Source: an uncultured Caldilineaceae bacterium
Lineage (GTDB): Bacteria; Chloroflexota; Anaerolineae; 4572-78; J111
Assembly: GCA_964622215.1 (NCBI GenBank)
Contig: CAZUNT010000009.1
Location: 2,081 to 66,080 of the forward strand
DNA: 64,000 bases
Direction of reading: 5' to 3'
The position numbers and the translations under genes were made by a program. Below the pieces are notes generated by a model. The model saw only the letters and a program-made list of their open reading frames with translations, was not told the origin of the DNA and did no database searches. This document shows, in pieces, positions 54,901 through 63,015 of this stretch; the stretch's first letter is position 1, and each line of letters starts with the position of its first letter.

Positions 54901-55716
54901 TCTTTCAAGTAGAATTCTACTGGTTTCGTACTGGACAAAAGTCAGCAATAACATTAGTAACAGCGCCGCTAAAGCTAACCAGCGCAGGTAAGTTGACTTC
55001 AAAACATAGCGGTAGCCTTCGCGGATGCTGTTAAGATAGGAAGGTGAAGTTTTACCGGCGTTGGTTAGTGAGTCGCCGGTTACATAACCAGGTGGTCCGG
55101 CGAGGGTTTTACCTTCTTTCAGGAGATAAGGCATCAACCAGGTCAGTAGGGCCGTAATTAACAGCATCACCAGCCACAGTATAATGATCTGGCTGGGTGC
55201 GAGGAAGTTATTCAGAGGTTCCATGGTCAAGCCGGCTACAATGGCTCCTACACCGATAGCCGTCCCTAATATCGGGACGATACGTTTAGCCGAGCGAGTG
55301 TCGTAAAAACCGTTGACGTAGGTATACCAGTGGGCGGCCAGAATATCGGCCAGAGGTACGTAGACGAGCAGATAGAGTAAGGGATAAGCCCAAGTGGGCT
55401 TGTCCAGACCAAGCAAGACCAGACCATTAACAATACCCAAGATGCCTACCGTTAAAATGGCGATTAAGAGTTTATCATTGGTCACCCGGTCGGCGAAAGC
55501 GGAATAAATAGCTACAGCTAGAATGGAGAACAGGGCTTTGACAATAAAAAACCAGGAGAGAGCCTCGACGCCAACTTGCCGCAAAAATGACGCTTCGGCA
55601 ATAGTTTCGCCCCAGGTAAGGCCGAGGGTCAGCGTAAAGGCTATCAAGTAGAGGAACAGCAAACGAGGCCATTCGGTTGGGCGGATATTCAACAATTTGC
55701 TGAGTAAGCGAACCAT
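51964..55716 (-). CDS. Multi-pass membrane domain (MFS/TLC-like) - HEAT repeats - low-complexity linker - cyclic-nucleotide-binding domain
   Basis: About 440 aa of TM helices. Repeated D(P/S)xxxVRxxA HEAT units. C-terminus FFEGM...YFGEMNLFDDSPRSASATA (cNMP phosphate-binding cassette). The stop lies 2 nt before the NRPS1 ATG. Confidence 0.85.
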   Translation of the reverse strand: MVRLLSKLLNIRPTEWPRLLFLYLIAFTLTLGLTWGETIAEASFLRQVGVEALSWFFIVKALFSILAVAIYSAFADRVTNDKLLIAILTVGILGIVNGLVLLGLDKPTWAYPLLYLLVYVPLADILAAHWYTYVNGFYDTRSAKRIVPILGTAIGVGAIVAGLTMEPLNNFLAPSQIIILWLVMLLITALLTWLMPYLLKEGKTLAGPPGYVTGDSLTNAGKTSPSYLNSIREGYRYVLKSTYLRWLALAALLLMLLLTFVQYETSRILLERLATASELETTKNISNFIARVTWIANLIVLPLQLLLLSRMISRVGVGNANLIYPTGMLAISGGLIFWRGLFTAALAHFGRIVFYSNVGYPIESLLYNAVPLRVKGRAHVFIGGIVVPVGALLGGALLSLPLVKIAGFLPVVIGLFAVTFVISALAIRRQYSLALVKMLEQEDFSALVSQGVARLTAADPATLNGLHKKLQESTSYELTLFMAKLISEIGGSEAVSILGQAARSATDGRIRAGIIDVLVAADTRSEAARQLYTDFLADPEGQVRQAALTGLEEWAGTGGEELLELALKMLDDPEVEVQVRALPILLRSHNPVYQDAATQALNGFLCHEEAHQRVRGVRVLEHTNGQHFVEGLVKYLADPADEVRLEAALAVEALAQEKLSLPATSLILEAIDPLRRDPIERVRRTALIVLGCIGTHDSYQELVGALTDPSPQVRATAVNVLVQIGKGAIPIVHPLLDSPDPQQRKMAAVILSRINQRNFGPLVETYITGNLLTIYRNMGRLAALKSCAVYPSISVLQSALREQNQQLVTEIFYLLAAIHTPETIKTVAESLRSETSHVRVNALEALEALTTPQTAHLLAPLFEPEPDFSQLLQISQETWAMPFPDMATATKQLLTTADDSSFRAIMTLALGEMGAALRPVETAGPGDSSLAEAASDSARRPQPASIFDTPTEPDSDIQPLQETKPEFRRARRPNPTDLLNALAETAKDEPSAPESPPENLKTRRRRPVDLLGALVGSPGSTPMPDEKPEVNNTAASSGPVPFTLSEIEALVDKAFADPSIDVRLAARAAKQMMAGVYIANLVQEEGILLSTIEKIIFLKEVPFFEGMTIDQLKVLANVCEEELFEEDTRIFNENDPGGALYVVVSGRVAIEQEKRKGSFARLATIEAHSYFGEMNLFDDSPRSASATAIQDTLILRLRREPLIVLARQYPDLSLELIKVLSQRLRDANDRIADLTRARTRELQKFYDKFD

Positions 55717-55847
55717 GACCGGTCTTGATGTAGTCTAGTCTGAGACTCTTAAAGTTCTAATTAAGGGAAAAAAGGCTAGGGCCAGGAACTGGCGTCCCAA
55801 CCCTAACCTCTTCATACAAATAAAACTAGACGACACAAAAAATTTAT

Positions 55848-56603
55848 TTAAGCAATCAACTTAGCCGCGACCTGCTTGAGTGATACAGTCACCGGGTGAT
55901 CGGGGTATTGTAGGGCAAAGATACCGGCACTGGCCAGGGCCATCATCTCGTCAGAGTGAGGTAAAACTGCGGCAACCTCGCTCTTATAGGTTTGCTCCAC
56001 CCGGGTACGAACATCGTTAAAGTTGAACACTTCGGGTACCTTGTTGACCATAAGCAGTAAGCGCGGCACATTCAGCTTGCGGGCCACTTCGACGGTGACG
56101 GCGGTGCCTTGATAATCTTGCTGGTCGGGCCGTAAGATGATGACCAGGGCATCCGAGATAGCGATAGACAGCAAGGTTTCCTCGTTCAGGCCGGGGTGGG
56201 TATCAATCATTAGCACGTCAAGGTTTAAATTTTCAACCAGGTCGTGGAAACCGTCGTTAAGCAGGCCCACATCATAACCCTCTCGCAGCACGCGGGCAAT
56301 CTCGCCAGCTTTGATACTGGAGGGGATGAGGAAAACTTTACCTTTAACTGTTGGCCCCAGGCTCGCCGTTACATCATGAGCGGTCTCTTCAATAGAGCAG
56401 CGACCCCATAAATAATCGTTGAGCGAATGGCCCATTTCATCTTCGTCCATACCAAACAGAACGTGAATACCCGGCGATTGAATATCGGTATCAATTGCAC
56501 CGACTCGCAATCCCTGGGCTGCCAAAATGGTGGTGATATTGGCGGTCGTATTCGATTTGCCGGTACCGCCGCGGAAGGAGTGAATAGAGATAATTTTAGA
56601 CAT
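55848..56603 (-). CDS. MinD/ParA-family (SIMIBI) ATPase-like protein, paralogue 1
   Basis: IISIHSFRGGTGKSNTTANI. Start set to MSKII (56603) behind GGAGAGG. Confidence 0.8.
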   Translation of the reverse strand: MSKIISIHSFRGGTGKSNTTANITTILAAQGLRVGAIDTDIQSPGIHVLFGMDEDEMGHSLNDYLWGRCSIEETAHDVTASLGPTVKGKVFLIPSSIKAGEIARVLREGYDVGLLNDGFHDLVENLNLDVLMIDTHPGLNEETLLSIAISDALVIILRPDQQDYQGTAVTVEVARKLNVPRLLLMVNKVPEVFNFNDVRTRVEQTYKSEVAAVLPHSDEMMALASAGIFALQYPDHPVTVSLKQVAAKLIA

Positions 56604-56617
56604 ACGCCTCTCCAAAT

Positions 56618-56959
56618 TTATTCTTTATCCAACATATCGTCTAAAGCTGACCAGACCCCCAGGGTCAATTTCTTATCAGGTTTGCGGGCGAAATGAGCCT
56701 TATACCAAATTTCATCCCGAACCTCAATTCGCCGCATCAACCCTTTCTGCACCAACTCGTCTAGCATCTGCTGGGTTTGGGCGAGAGATTGGCTCATATC
56801 TCTAGCGATGTCGGATAGGCTCATCCCATTCTTGCGGACGATTTTTTTAACAATCGTCGCCAATTCGGGGGGCAAATCTAATAGGTCAATAGGAGAAAGT
56901 CCTTCTTGCTGTCCCCGTGCGTCAATTTCACCCTGTAAGCGATCAAATAGTCCACTCAT
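56618..56959 (-). CDS. Small winged-helix (MarR/ArsR-like) DNA-binding protein
   Basis: MSLSDIARDMSQSLAQTQQMLDELVQKGLMRRIEVRDEIWYKA. The ATG at 56959 overlaps the upstream TGA (TGATG). Confidence 0.7.
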   Translation of the reverse strand: MSGLFDRLQGEIDARGQQEGLSPIDLLDLPPELATIVKKIVRKNGMSLSDIARDMSQSLAQTQQMLDELVQKGLMRRIEVRDEIWYKAHFARKPDKKLTLGVWSALDDMLDKE

Positions 56960-57171
56960 CAGTAAATCTCCGGCATCGGGATCGGCTCTGGCTGCGGTTG
57001 GCACACACCGCACCACAACGCCCCCGCAACTACAATTGTTTTTGGCGTTTGGGCCCGGCCTATATAAACGGCCAGAATCACGGGCATTTGGTTGTGGTGG
57101 TTGGCGCAAACGGCCCGGCCACAAAACTTGCAAATGCCCATAGCCTGCTGACCACACTTATGACACACCAT
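56959..57171 (-). CDS. Cys-rich zinc-ribbon / B-box-like small protein (70 aa)
   Basis: C-x2-C-x7-C-x2-C-x4-C-x2-H pattern (MVCHKCGQQAMGICKFCGRAVCANHH) plus a distal CGVC. AGGAGG SD. Translationally coupled to the wHTH gene. Confidence 0.65.
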   Translation of the reverse strand: MVCHKCGQQAMGICKFCGRAVCANHHNQMPVILAVYIGRAQTPKTIVVAGALWCGVCQPQPEPIPMPEIY

Positions 57172-57329
57172 AACTGCCTCCTAAAGGGTTATTGGTTGGT
57201 AAACCATGTTGCTAATCATCGCTGATTGGCCGGTAGGCAGATAGGCCAACATCTTTCAAATTTCGACCAATTGACAGGTATTAGCCTACCGCAACATGCC
57301 TGATAATGCAAATAAATATTGAAAAATTC

Positions 57330-60300
57330 TTACGACTCACTCTGGCCTAAAGTGGCCTGAATAAATTGCTCTAACCATGCCTCATACGGTCCTATCTCCC
57401 AGCCATGGCTTAAATTTTCGGCTAACGCTTCCAGGGCTGATTGGGCTAATCCTGGTTCGCCTTCAAGGGCTAACTGAGCCACCTTTAAAGCCGGCTCAAC
57501 CTGGTCACGTTGGGCCAGCAGCCAGGCTCGTGCTCCCTCCGCCCACGGGCGCAGCGCCGGGATGAACTCGACGCCAGCTAACACGGCCAAGTCGCCGGAT
57601 AAAATAGCCTGTTTGCCTGTTGCTTCCAGGCTGCCCAGCTTGGCTGCTTGAGAGTAGGCCGTACCCGCCGCGGGGTAATTTCTCTGCCAGGCCAGCACAT
57701 CCCCTTGGCCTTCGGCGGCGCTGGCCTGATCGGCGAGAGGCGCGTTGGATAGGGCTAAGACTTGGCCGTAATATTCAGCAGCCCCGGTGTAGACACCCCG
57801 CTCTCGCGCCTTGTGACCCGCCCGAAGCCCAAACTGAGCAGCTTTGATCGGGTCGGCTCCCCGCAGGTAATGATAGGCCATCAATTCCAAAAATTGATCC
57901 GCTTCCGTCTGGCTTTCCGCCAGCCAATCGCCAATTTGAGTATGCCAGCGCTGCCGTTGCGAAAAGGCTACGGTGGCGTAAATGGTCTCTTGTAACAGGG
58001 GATGATTAAAGCGATAGGTGGTTTTGTCGATGGGTGTGATAAACGAGGAGGTTATCACATCTTCCAGGGCGGCCTGCACCTCTAAGCGGCTCAGGTGAGG
58101 TTGGCACAACTTCATCAAACCCTCGCTCTGAAAAGTCAGTCCCAAGATGGCCGCCCGCTTGAGTACATCTTGGCTGGACAGGGCTAGCTCATCCAGACGG
58201 GATAGCAACAATGCGTGCAACGACAAGGGTAAATCCGGCTTTTGTCCTGTCCAGCGGACTTCCCCGGTCTCCCGATCCAACAGGATAGACTGCGATTGTT
58301 CCAGAGCCTGGCACAGTTCCTGGACATACAAAGGATTGCCATTGGCATATTGGGTTATCCACTGTCCCAGAGTTGTATCCACCGAACTGGCCCCCAACAC
58401 CCGTTGCGCAATCTGGATAAGAATCTCATTAGATAATTTGGCGAGTGGAAGCGGTGAGACCTGCCCGTGGATAGGCCGGGCTTCACGGCTGGTCAGCGCC
58501 ACCAGGAGGGGCAAGCCAGGCAACTGTTGCAGCAGGTTTTGTAATAAGGCCAGCGAATCCCCATCAATCCAGTCGATGTCTTCTAAAATCAGCACCAAGG
58601 GCTGGCGTTCGGCCAGCTTTTTGAGTAATTCGATGATAGCATGTGGACCGCTGACCCGCTCTTCGAGGCGGGTCCAAAGTGTTTGCCCGGTCCGATGTTG
58701 GGCAGAAAGTCGATGCTCCAATAGGGCCTGCAATGAAAGTTGGGGGGATGGTGGTGCAGGCTGATCTTGCCGTGTTTTGTTGCTTAAAAGGTCGAGGAAT
58801 GAGATAGGCTGATCGGTGGGGGGAGGCGGCGGCGCGGGCGGATGAATTGCTTCCGGGATATGGTCAAAGGCCGGCAGCCCTAACAAATTGGCCAGTATCT
58901 TATCAACTGAAGCCAGTCCCAGCATAGCCAGTTCGCCGGACAGCTTGGCTCGCTGTAAGCCGGGCTGAATGTGCTCGTCAAGATCAAGCCAGCCGGTCAG
59001 CAGGTCAATCCAGGGAAAGAGGGGGATATGTTTGCCGTGTGGCTGGCAGCGACCTACCAACACGGTCAAACTGCGTTGTCGAGCCAATTCGGCCAAATCG
59101 GAGATCAAAGCCGTTTTGCCCAGGCCGGTTTCGCCGCTAATGTACCAAACGCTGCCTGGCCGTCTTAAACCGGTTGGTGGGGTAGATAGGGGCCAAAGGT
59201 CGTCCAGGGCTTGCGCCAGGCGATTCTGCTCAATTTCCCGGCCTAGTAAAGGACGTTCCAACGGCAACAGGCGCGTGCCCCGTCGTACTTCACGGACGTT
59301 GACAATGACCACCTGTCCCTGGATGCCTTTGAGCGTAACCGGCGGCAGGGGGTCGCCCACAAAAGCGGTGCTGGCTTCATTCCAGATATCGGAGTCCAGG
59401 ATGATTTGGCCGGGTTTGGCTTTGCTCATCAGCCGGGCGGCCCGGTTCACTGCCGGCCCGGCGATAACGGACTCGCGGCGGTAAACTGCCCCGATCTCGC
59501 CGGAAAAGATGAGGCCCTGGGTAATGCCGCCCCGTTGTTGCAAAGGCGGCTTGAGATCAAACTCACCGTTGACTTGGTCCAAGAGGCGGCCCAGTTGCAG
59601 CGCCGCCGAAACCGCGTAGCGATTGGTTCCTTCGTGTGTCCGGGGCGTACCAAAAGTGTTGACCAGGATAAAACCTTTGCTCCAGGCGTCTACCTGGCTG
59701 ATAACTCCCTCGTGCTGGGTCACAATTTCCTGGGCGCGTACAAAGTAACGTTGAAAAACGGTCGTGGCAAATTCGGCTCCCCGTTCCAGGGCCAACTCTT
59801 CCAGGCCGACCAGATTAATAAATTGGATGGCGGCCGGGCGCAGTTCGGGCTGTAACTGACGCTGGCGGTTCGTGTTCACCAGGCGGGCCAGCATATCTTC
59901 CGGTAAAAAGGGAGCCAGCCGTTCAACCCGGCGCAGGGTCGTCTCGAGCGCTTCCAGAGCATCGGGAACGGTCAGGCCAAAAATGGCCGCCCCACCCGAC
60001 CGGCGAGAGGTGAGGGGCGCGATTTCGTAATCGCCCAGTTCGTCGCCCCAGTCGTCAATGACGATGGAACCATCCAGACGAAAATCTCCGGCAGTGATGG
60101 CAGCAGCCTGCTCTCCCAGAGCCACCTGGCCGGGCGCGGCTCGTTGTTCCGCCGCTGTAGCGCTATAAATGCCTGGCCCACTGACCAGGAGTTCCATACG
60201 TTCCCGGTCGCCCACTACCCCGGCATAGGCCAGGCCGCGTTCAACTCCGGCGCTCATGGTCAGGCTGCACCGGCCGAATTCTGTTTCAAAAGAGGCGAAA

Positions 60301-60839
60301 AGTTGGATAGCTCGCTCCATCCGTAGGGCGGCCCGGATAGCTTGTAATACATCCTGATCTCTGGCTTGTTTGGGAAAATAGAGCAGTACGGCATCGCCGA
60401 TAAAAAACAGTAGGTCGCCGCCGGAAGCGATCAACGGATCGAGGACCGTAGTAAAAAGATGATTCATGATCTGGTTCATGGCCTCATAACCCCGGCCCTG
60501 ACCCTGGCGGCTCAACAATTCGGTCAGAGCAGTAAAGCCGGTTACATCGGCAAAAATGAACGTGCCTTCCAGAATTTCTCCATGCGGTTGGCCTGGTTGT
60601 GGGTTCAGTTGGAGCAGATAACGAGGCATATAATTGATTAAAACGCGGTGCAGGGGATCAATACTACGCACAGCGCTCATAAGTTGCGAGGCAATAGCTG
60701 GCTGCTGGTCGTCGCCAGCCTCCGCTAAATTTTGAGGCAAGGTTCGCAGGCTATTGAAGCTACTTGAGGGAAGATAGCGAGCCAGGCGCGACAAGAGGCT
60801 GGGCCAAGATAAAGGGTAGACTGGTTGATGACCGGTCAT
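57330..60839 (-). CDS. Tandem class III cyclase-homology domains - AAA/STAND P-loop ATPase - TPR-like C-terminus
   Basis: CHD1 FIFADVTGFTAL / FFIGDAVLLYF. CHD2 GPAVNRAARL. P-loop ISGETGLGKTALI. Confidence 0.85.
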   Translation of the reverse strand: MTGHQPVYPLSWPSLLSRLARYLPSSSFNSLRTLPQNLAEAGDDQQPAIASQLMSAVRSIDPLHRVLINYMPRYLLQLNPQPGQPHGEILEGTFIFADVTGFTALTELLSRQGQGRGYEAMNQIMNHLFTTVLDPLIASGGDLLFFIGDAVLLYFPKQARDQDVLQAIRAALRMERAIQLFASFETEFGRCSLTMSAGVERGLAYAGVVGDRERMELLVSGPGIYSATAAEQRAAPGQVALGEQAAAITAGDFRLDGSIVIDDWGDELGDYEIAPLTSRRSGGAAIFGLTVPDALEALETTLRRVERLAPFLPEDMLARLVNTNRQRQLQPELRPAAIQFINLVGLEELALERGAEFATTVFQRYFVRAQEIVTQHEGVISQVDAWSKGFILVNTFGTPRTHEGTNRYAVSAALQLGRLLDQVNGEFDLKPPLQQRGGITQGLIFSGEIGAVYRRESVIAGPAVNRAARLMSKAKPGQIILDSDIWNEASTAFVGDPLPPVTLKGIQGQVVIVNVREVRRGTRLLPLERPLLGREIEQNRLAQALDDLWPLSTPPTGLRRPGSVWYISGETGLGKTALISDLAELARQRSLTVLVGRCQPHGKHIPLFPWIDLLTGWLDLDEHIQPGLQRAKLSGELAMLGLASVDKILANLLGLPAFDHIPEAIHPPAPPPPPTDQPISFLDLLSNKTRQDQPAPPSPQLSLQALLEHRLSAQHRTGQTLWTRLEERVSGPHAIIELLKKLAERQPLVLILEDIDWIDGDSLALLQNLLQQLPGLPLLVALTSREARPIHGQVSPLPLAKLSNEILIQIAQRVLGASSVDTTLGQWITQYANGNPLYVQELCQALEQSQSILLDRETGEVRWTGQKPDLPLSLHALLLSRLDELALSSQDVLKRAAILGLTFQSEGLMKLCQPHLSRLEVQAALEDVITSSFITPIDKTTYRFNHPLLQETIYATVAFSQRQRWHTQIGDWLAESQTEADQFLELMAYHYLRGADPIKAAQFGLRAGHKARERGVYTGAAEYYGQVLALSNAPLADQASAAEGQGDVLAWQRNYPAAGTAYSQAAKLGSLEATGKQAILSGDLAVLAGVEFIPALRPWAEGARAWLLAQRDQVEPALKVAQLALEGEPGLAQSALEALAENLSHGWEIGPYEAWLEQFIQATLGQSES

Positions 60840-61097
60840 CTGGTTTTCCCTATACTGAGTGCAACAACGCTGCTCAGAAGAATAGATCCGGTAATTGATA
60901 AATCTAGTTTACCATACCTTGTGGCCTTGTCAACCAAATCTGAACGGTTCTGGGAATATAATCCTAACCCGAACAAGCCGGAAGCAAACTTGTTTTTAAC
61001 GTAAAGGCGTAGAGGTGCATAGCCGCAAAGTTTCGGGCCGAAATTTTTGTCTACTCATTATTGATAAGCTTTTGACAAACATTCCATTGTATGATAC

Positions 61098-61141
61098 TCT
61101 CGACTCGAAAGGTCTACTCCTGTAGACTATTCGAGTCGAGA
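61098..61141. other. 44-nt near-perfect hairpin/palindrome (operator or small structured RNA candidate)
   Basis: TCTCGACTCGAA..GTCTAC-TCCT-GTAGAC..TTCGAGTCGAGA: a 12-bp outer stem and a 6-bp inner stem. Confidence 0.4.
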
Positions 61142-61182
61142 TGTGGTTGACTCCTCCAAACAATTGATAAATCACATGGCTT

Positions 61183-61236
61183 TTGACACTCTGAATATGA
61201 TATGGTATGATGTTGTATCTTCATGCACACGTGTGC
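61183..61236 (+). promoter_or_regulatory. Near-consensus sigma70-type promoter with an adjacent 12-bp palindrome
   Basis: TTGACA (61183-61188), 17-nt spacer, TATGAT (61206-61211), then GCACACGTGTGC (61225-61236). Confidence 0.45.
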
Positions 61237-61289
61237 GCAATATAAGGGTTGATTATCATTAAGGGTATCGTTAAATCGATAAATATTTC

Positions 61290-61442
61290 GTAATTACTCA
61301 GCCGACCCTATGTCTCAGCAACCCTGACCGCCGACCGTCGACCGCTGACCGCCGAAAAGACGGGTTACAGAGCGGATTATGTCGGTCGGCGGTCTGCCGT
61401 CAGCGGTCATGTGGCTCATTGGGGCTGACGGCTGAGTAGTTA
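61290..61442. mobile_element. MITE-like element, family A, inverted relative to 7773-7914
   Basis: Ends GTAATTACTCAGCC / GGCTGAGTAGTTAC. The centre CCGCCGAAAAGACGGGTTACAGAGCGGATTATG is the reverse complement of the 7834-7866 core. Confidence 0.6.
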
Positions 61443-61492
61443 CAAAGTTAATACCAATTCAACCTGTTGTGTCAACAGAAAGGGTGTCGTGG

Positions 61493-61702
61493 ATGACAAC
61501 CAAAGTCAATGTTGGACTAATTGGCGCCGGTCGTATTGGACAAGTACACACCGAAAATCTGGTCTATCGTATCCAGCAGACCGACCTGGTAACCGTGGCC
61601 GGTGTACTCCTTCTCTCCGTAACTCAGGATCCCCAGACTATTTTTTACAATGAAAATATTGATACCGTAGTTATTTACTCCGGTACTGATACCCACGCTT
61701 AA
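61493..61702 (+). pseudogene. Truncated Gfo/Idh/MocA-family oxidoreductase (N-terminal Rossmann part only)
   Basis: MTTKVNVGLIGAGRIGQVHTENL...IDTVVIYSGTDTHA then a stop. Only 69 codons where about 330 are expected. The next gene starts 17 nt later. Confidence 0.6.
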
Positions 61703-61718
61703 TTGAAAGAGAGGGTAT

Positions 61719-62738
61719 ATGAACCAAGCCACTACAGTCTCTCAAGGATTCAAGACCTGGACCCGAGTTCGAGCCAGATTGGCCGATTATCCCGAAATTG
61801 TAGCCTTGATCAGCTTTCTGATTTTGTTCCTGATTTTCGCTTTTCGGGCAGAAAACTTTCTCTCCCTCGTTTCTCTAACCAACATCCTGACTATCGCCAG
61901 CATCAAGGGCATTTTTGTGGTCGGCGTGGCCATGCTGATGATTTCGGGAGAATTTGACCTATCAGTGGGGTCGACGCTGGCTGTGGCGAGTTATATTTTT
62001 GCCTTGACACTGGAAAGTGGGGTGTCGCCGCTTTTGGCGATGCTGCTGGCTCTGGGAGTGAGTGCCTTGCTGGGGTTAATCAATGGATTAATTGTTACAA
62101 AAACAGGTATCCCTTCTTTTATTACCACACTTGGTACCCTGCTGGCCTATCGAGGGATTGCCCGCGCCCTGGGCGGCGGTGATTTTGCCCGTTATACGGG
62201 CGAGAAGCCATTTCTTTTTACAGTTTTAAACGGCGAATTTGAGTCCATCAATCAACTGGGAACCCCGGCTGGTAATGCCAGCCTGGCAATCTTCTGGTTT
62301 CTGCTTTTTGTTATTATAGCCGCCCTGGTGATGACCCGGACCCGCTATGGGAATTGGGTCTATGCCACCGGCGGTAGTCGGGACGCGGCCCTGGCCCAGG
62401 GCGTGCATACTAAATTTGTGATTATCACCAATTTTGTGATCACCGGGGTGCTGGCCGGCTTCGCCGGATTGGTCCAGTTTGCTTCGCGCCCGGCAGTTGA
62501 CCCCCTCCGCGGCGAAGGTTGGGAGTTGATTGCGGTGGCAGCCTGTGTTATCGGTGGTATCTGGCTAAAAGGCGGATACGGAACCATTATTGGCGCAGCC
62601 TTCGGGATTGTGCTGCTGCAAATGGTCGAGCAGGGCTTGATCTTGATCGGCGTAGATATCCAGTTGTTTCAGGCTACCGTCGGCTTTATCCTCGTTCTGG
62701 CCGTAATTGTCAGTACCTATCTTAGCCGGGGGCATTAG
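61719..62738 (+). CDS. Sugar ABC transporter permease (RbsC/BPD_transp_2 type)
   Basis: About 9-10 TM segments. GEFDLSVGS and TLGTLLAYRGIA motifs are typical of ribose/xylose-type permeases. Confidence 0.85.
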   Translation: MNQATTVSQGFKTWTRVRARLADYPEIVALISFLILFLIFAFRAENFLSLVSLTNILTIASIKGIFVVGVAMLMISGEFDLSVGSTLAVASYIFALTLESGVSPLLAMLLALGVSALLGLINGLIVTKTGIPSFITTLGTLLAYRGIARALGGGDFARYTGEKPFLFTVLNGEFESINQLGTPAGNASLAIFWFLLFVIIAALVMTRTRYGNWVYATGGSRDAALAQGVHTKFVIITNFVITGVLAGFAGLVQFASRPAVDPLRGEGWELIAVAACVIGGIWLKGGYGTIIGAAFGIVLLQMVEQGLILIGVDIQLFQATVGFILVLAVIVSTYLSRGH

Positions 62739-62740
62739 GT

Positions 62741-62902
62741 CTGCCCTGTAACCCTGTAACCCCGACCACCCAACCATTGACCGCTGAGAGCGCCTCGCCT
62801 CCCCTCACCCCTTCGGGTGCGTTGAAGAGCGTGAGGGACCGCCGAAAAGACAGGGTACAGGGCGAATTATGGCGGTCGGTAGTCTGCGGTTAGGAATACT
62901 CA
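62741..62902. mobile_element. Partial or rearranged family A MITE-like copy
   Basis: 62838-62902 is the near-exact reverse complement of about 7797-7870. The left arm is replaced by CCTGTAA heptamers and a CCCTCAC/GTGAGGG hairpin. Confidence 0.55.
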
Positions 62903-63015
62903 TTCGCCGGAAAGGAGGGAAAAACCGTTTTAGAGAGGATGATCTTACATACCTGTTTGTGACCGTCCGGTCAACCTAACTTAAATTCTATTTTATGATA
63001 CAGGAGGAAAAGCAA

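Noticed and set aside
56960-57157. The N-terminal 66-aa extension of the wHTH ORF (track start 57157).
   Set aside because: The extension overlaps the B-box-like ORF in another frame and is Arg/Pro/Gly-rich. The ATG at 56959 overlaps the upstream TGA, which is the classic coupled arrangement, so the short form is preferred.
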